From: an uncultured Desulfobacterales bacterium
GTDB lineage: Bacteria; Desulfobacterota; Desulfobacteria; Desulfobacterales; C00003060
Reading direction: 5' to 3'
DNA length: 59,274 bases
Assembly: GCA_964502365.1 (NCBI GenBank)
Contig: CAZCWQ010000004.1
Span: 1 to 59,274 of the forward strand
The notes under the pieces are model-generated. The model saw only the letters and a program-made list of their open reading frames with translations. It was not told the origin of the DNA and made no database searches. The translations under genes and the position numbers were made by a program. Of this stretch, positions 57,591 through 59,274 are shown piece by piece; the stretch's first letter is position 1, and every line of letters begins with the position of its first letter.

Positions 57591-58073
57591 CAAGAAAGGA
57601 AAGGAGGAAGGTACTTTTGCTTCCATTACAGAATATGTCGTTGTTCTGAATATGTCAAATTGATAATTTCAATATTTGAAACGCCGAAACAAATAGGAAA
57701 TCTATACTCCTGCTTTGGGACCATATTTGTGAATCGAAGGTGCTTTGCTAGCAAGCCCAGTCCTCGACAGTTTGACCGCCCATGCCAAGCAGGGAGGTTC
57801 GCGACAAACATTGAGAATGCAGCCGTTGACGAGTGGTTCCTTTTTCTATTTGTGGCCAACGGGATGCCAACAATGGGTATTTGTTTTCTTATCACGGATG
57901 TGTTGTTGTGGAAAGTTTTGCCCAGGGTTATTCTCTAAGAACGGGTAACCTTCCAAAAAGATAAAGAATGTCTCCATCGATCGGAAACGGCACGTTTGTT
58001 GCTTATATATTTTTTGATAGTCCTAAAAAGACCGCTGAAGGGTCCTAGAGAACCATAGTACAGATACAATCCA

Positions 58074-58120
58074 GGCCACGAAGGCTATCCACCTGAAGGT
58101 GGGGTTCGTGGCCTTTTTTT
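58074..58120 (+). terminator. Bipartite terminator-like hairpin plus T7 tract, copy 1, 12 nt upstream of the methyltransferase ATG
   Basis: The outer stem is GGCCACGAA/TTCGTGGCC and the inner hairpin is CCACC tgaa GGTGG. The tract TTTTTTT follows. Confidence 0.6.
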
Positions 58121-58131
58121 GTGAGCAGAAG

Positions 58132-58830
58132 ATGGAAAAGGAAATATGGAAAAGAGCAACAACATCGTCCTTCTGGCAAGGGTATTCCCGTTGGTACCAG
58201 CAATGGATGGCCCATAGTCATTATCACGACGGGATTACAAGAATCATGACCTTCATGGCAAGGCCCACATGGCGTGTTCTTGATATCGGGGCCGGGAATG
58301 GCGTTCTTTCCATGCCCCTGGCCCGAATGGGATGCGAGGTAACAGCGCTAGAGCCATCCTCGGCCATGAGACATCTGCTCAGGCAGGCAGCAGATCGCTC
58401 CCATGGTATGCACACTGACATGCGAAGATGGGAGACGGTTCCGTGCGAAGCATTTCGTGGTTATGATTTGATTTTAGCCTGCAACAGTCTTCATCTCACT
58501 CAAATTGGCTTTACACCAGCTTTGGCAAAGGTTTTTGCTACCGAGCCGAAACGCGTAGTCGTCGTCACGGAGTTTGTCTCCCCTGAAATAAGGATTCCCA
58601 TCCGGTTAAGGAATTACTACATGGAGTATGGCAGGATAGAGCAGGTAGACAGCTCCTTTGCCTACCACAGCGTGGATGAGGCCTTGGAGCACTGGTCCGC
58701 CAATAACGGCAAGCCTCCTGACACGTGGAAGTGTGACGAGATCAAGCAAAAGCTTGTGAACAGAGGGGATCACCTGTGGATAGAGGATTCGGCCTTCGTG
58801 GGTATTTTTTGTTGGAAGGCTTTCCAGTGA
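58132..58830 (+). CDS. Class I SAM-dependent methyltransferase
   Basis: It has the motif I sequence VLDIGAGNGVLS and the acidic motif II CEVTALEPS. The start is set at the ATG at 58132, after the terminator-like hairpin. Confidence 0.85.
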   Translation: MEKEIWKRATTSSFWQGYSRWYQQWMAHSHYHDGITRIMTFMARPTWRVLDIGAGNGVLSMPLARMGCEVTALEPSSAMRHLLRQAADRSHGMHTDMRRWETVPCEAFRGYDLILACNSLHLTQIGFTPALAKVFATEPKRVVVVTEFVSPEIRIPIRLRNYYMEYGRIEQVDSSFAYHSVDEALEHWSANNGKPPDTWKCDEIKQKLVNRGDHLWIEDSAFVGIFCWKAFQ

Positions 58831-58983
58831 TTATTGAAACTCGACACGGAAACAAAACAGGTACGGCATTCATTTATTCTTGTCAGTTGTCGCAAAAGGT
58901 TCTATGTGAGTCATTGTATCTTGAAACAGGGCAGTAGAAACTGCCCGTAGGCGTCAATTCGAAGCACAAAAAATCACTATTCG

Positions 58984-59037
58984 AGCCACGAAGGCTGTCA
59001 TCCGAGAACGGATGAGATGTCTTCCTGGCTTTTTTTG
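58984..59037 (+). terminator. Bipartite terminator-like hairpin plus T tract, copy 2 (paralogue of 58074-58120)
   Basis: The outer stem is AGCCA(C)GAAG/CTTCCTGGCT and the inner hairpin is CATCCG agaa CGGATG. A T6-7 tract and then GTGAGG follow, as in copy 1. Confidence 0.55.
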
Positions 59038-59193
59038 TGAGGCAAAAGAGGTGAAAGGAGGTGGCGAGGGCTTCCTCCCCTCCAAATACTACCAATTTGC
59101 AGGGAACAATGGCCCTGAGCACCACTTCGTAGGATGCCCTCGTCTCCATTGTCCAGCAACGGATGTTTCCACCTTATAGAAAAAAAGCTTCAT

Positions 59194-59274
59194 TCAACTC
59201 TCCTGAGCCAGCAAGGCGGCTCCATAGGCACCCACCATTTGCGGGTCTTCTGGCACAGTGATTGTCTTTTCCAG
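59194..59274 (-). CDS. 3' end of a BcrA/HgdC-type activase ATPase gene (partial; continues beyond window end)
   Basis: The reverse translation reads LEKTITVPEDPQMVGAYGAALLAQES*. It is paralogous to the 56840-56915 tail. Confidence 0.6.
   Translation of the reverse strand: MEKTITVPEDPQMVGAYGAALLAQES

Overview
The gene content suggests an anaerobic Desulfobacterota (deltaproteobacterium-like) chromosome; this is an inference. Roughly 0-42 kb is conserved housekeeping backbone. It holds the 5' end of a 16S rRNA (-), tyrS, rny, and a 6S RNA directly downstream of zapB-zapA. It also holds the ATP synthase b'-b-delta-alpha-gamma-beta-epsilon operon, a bactofilin and rodA-mrdA-mreDCB. Next come a ~1400-aa double-ATPase activase protein with overlapping stop/start to rng, oadB/oadG-like genes and cspA. 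The backbone ends with purB, yajC-secD-secF, cpoB, dprA and topA. The interesting part is 42-59 kb. (1) A 92-nt tRNA has the tRNASec architecture (8-bp acceptor, 4-bp T stem with one bulge, long variable arm) but a Cys anticodon GCA and U73. It sits 23 nt upstream of a full-length selB. (2) About 5 kb away is a four-domain YnjE-like rhodanese lipoprotein whose last catalytic Cys codon is an in-frame TGA; the ORF track truncates it there. (3) This rhodanese is flanked by an outer-membrane barrel gene and an unusual fusion of an HdrD/GlpC-like FeS+CCG domain to a DedA/TVP38 membrane domain. GT2 and GT-C glycosyltransferases and a second rhodanese follow. (4) The same AATAGATAAT motif occurs upstream of the tRNA-selB unit and in a perfect palindrome upstream of the barrel-rhodanese genes. 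(5) The right end carries a His-rich protein, a radical SAM gene, decayed DUF2284 and activase genes, and two paralogous structured leader/terminator elements. I saw no CRISPR array, transposase, integrase or obvious defence genes. All coordinates and folds were derived by eye and need computational confirmation.
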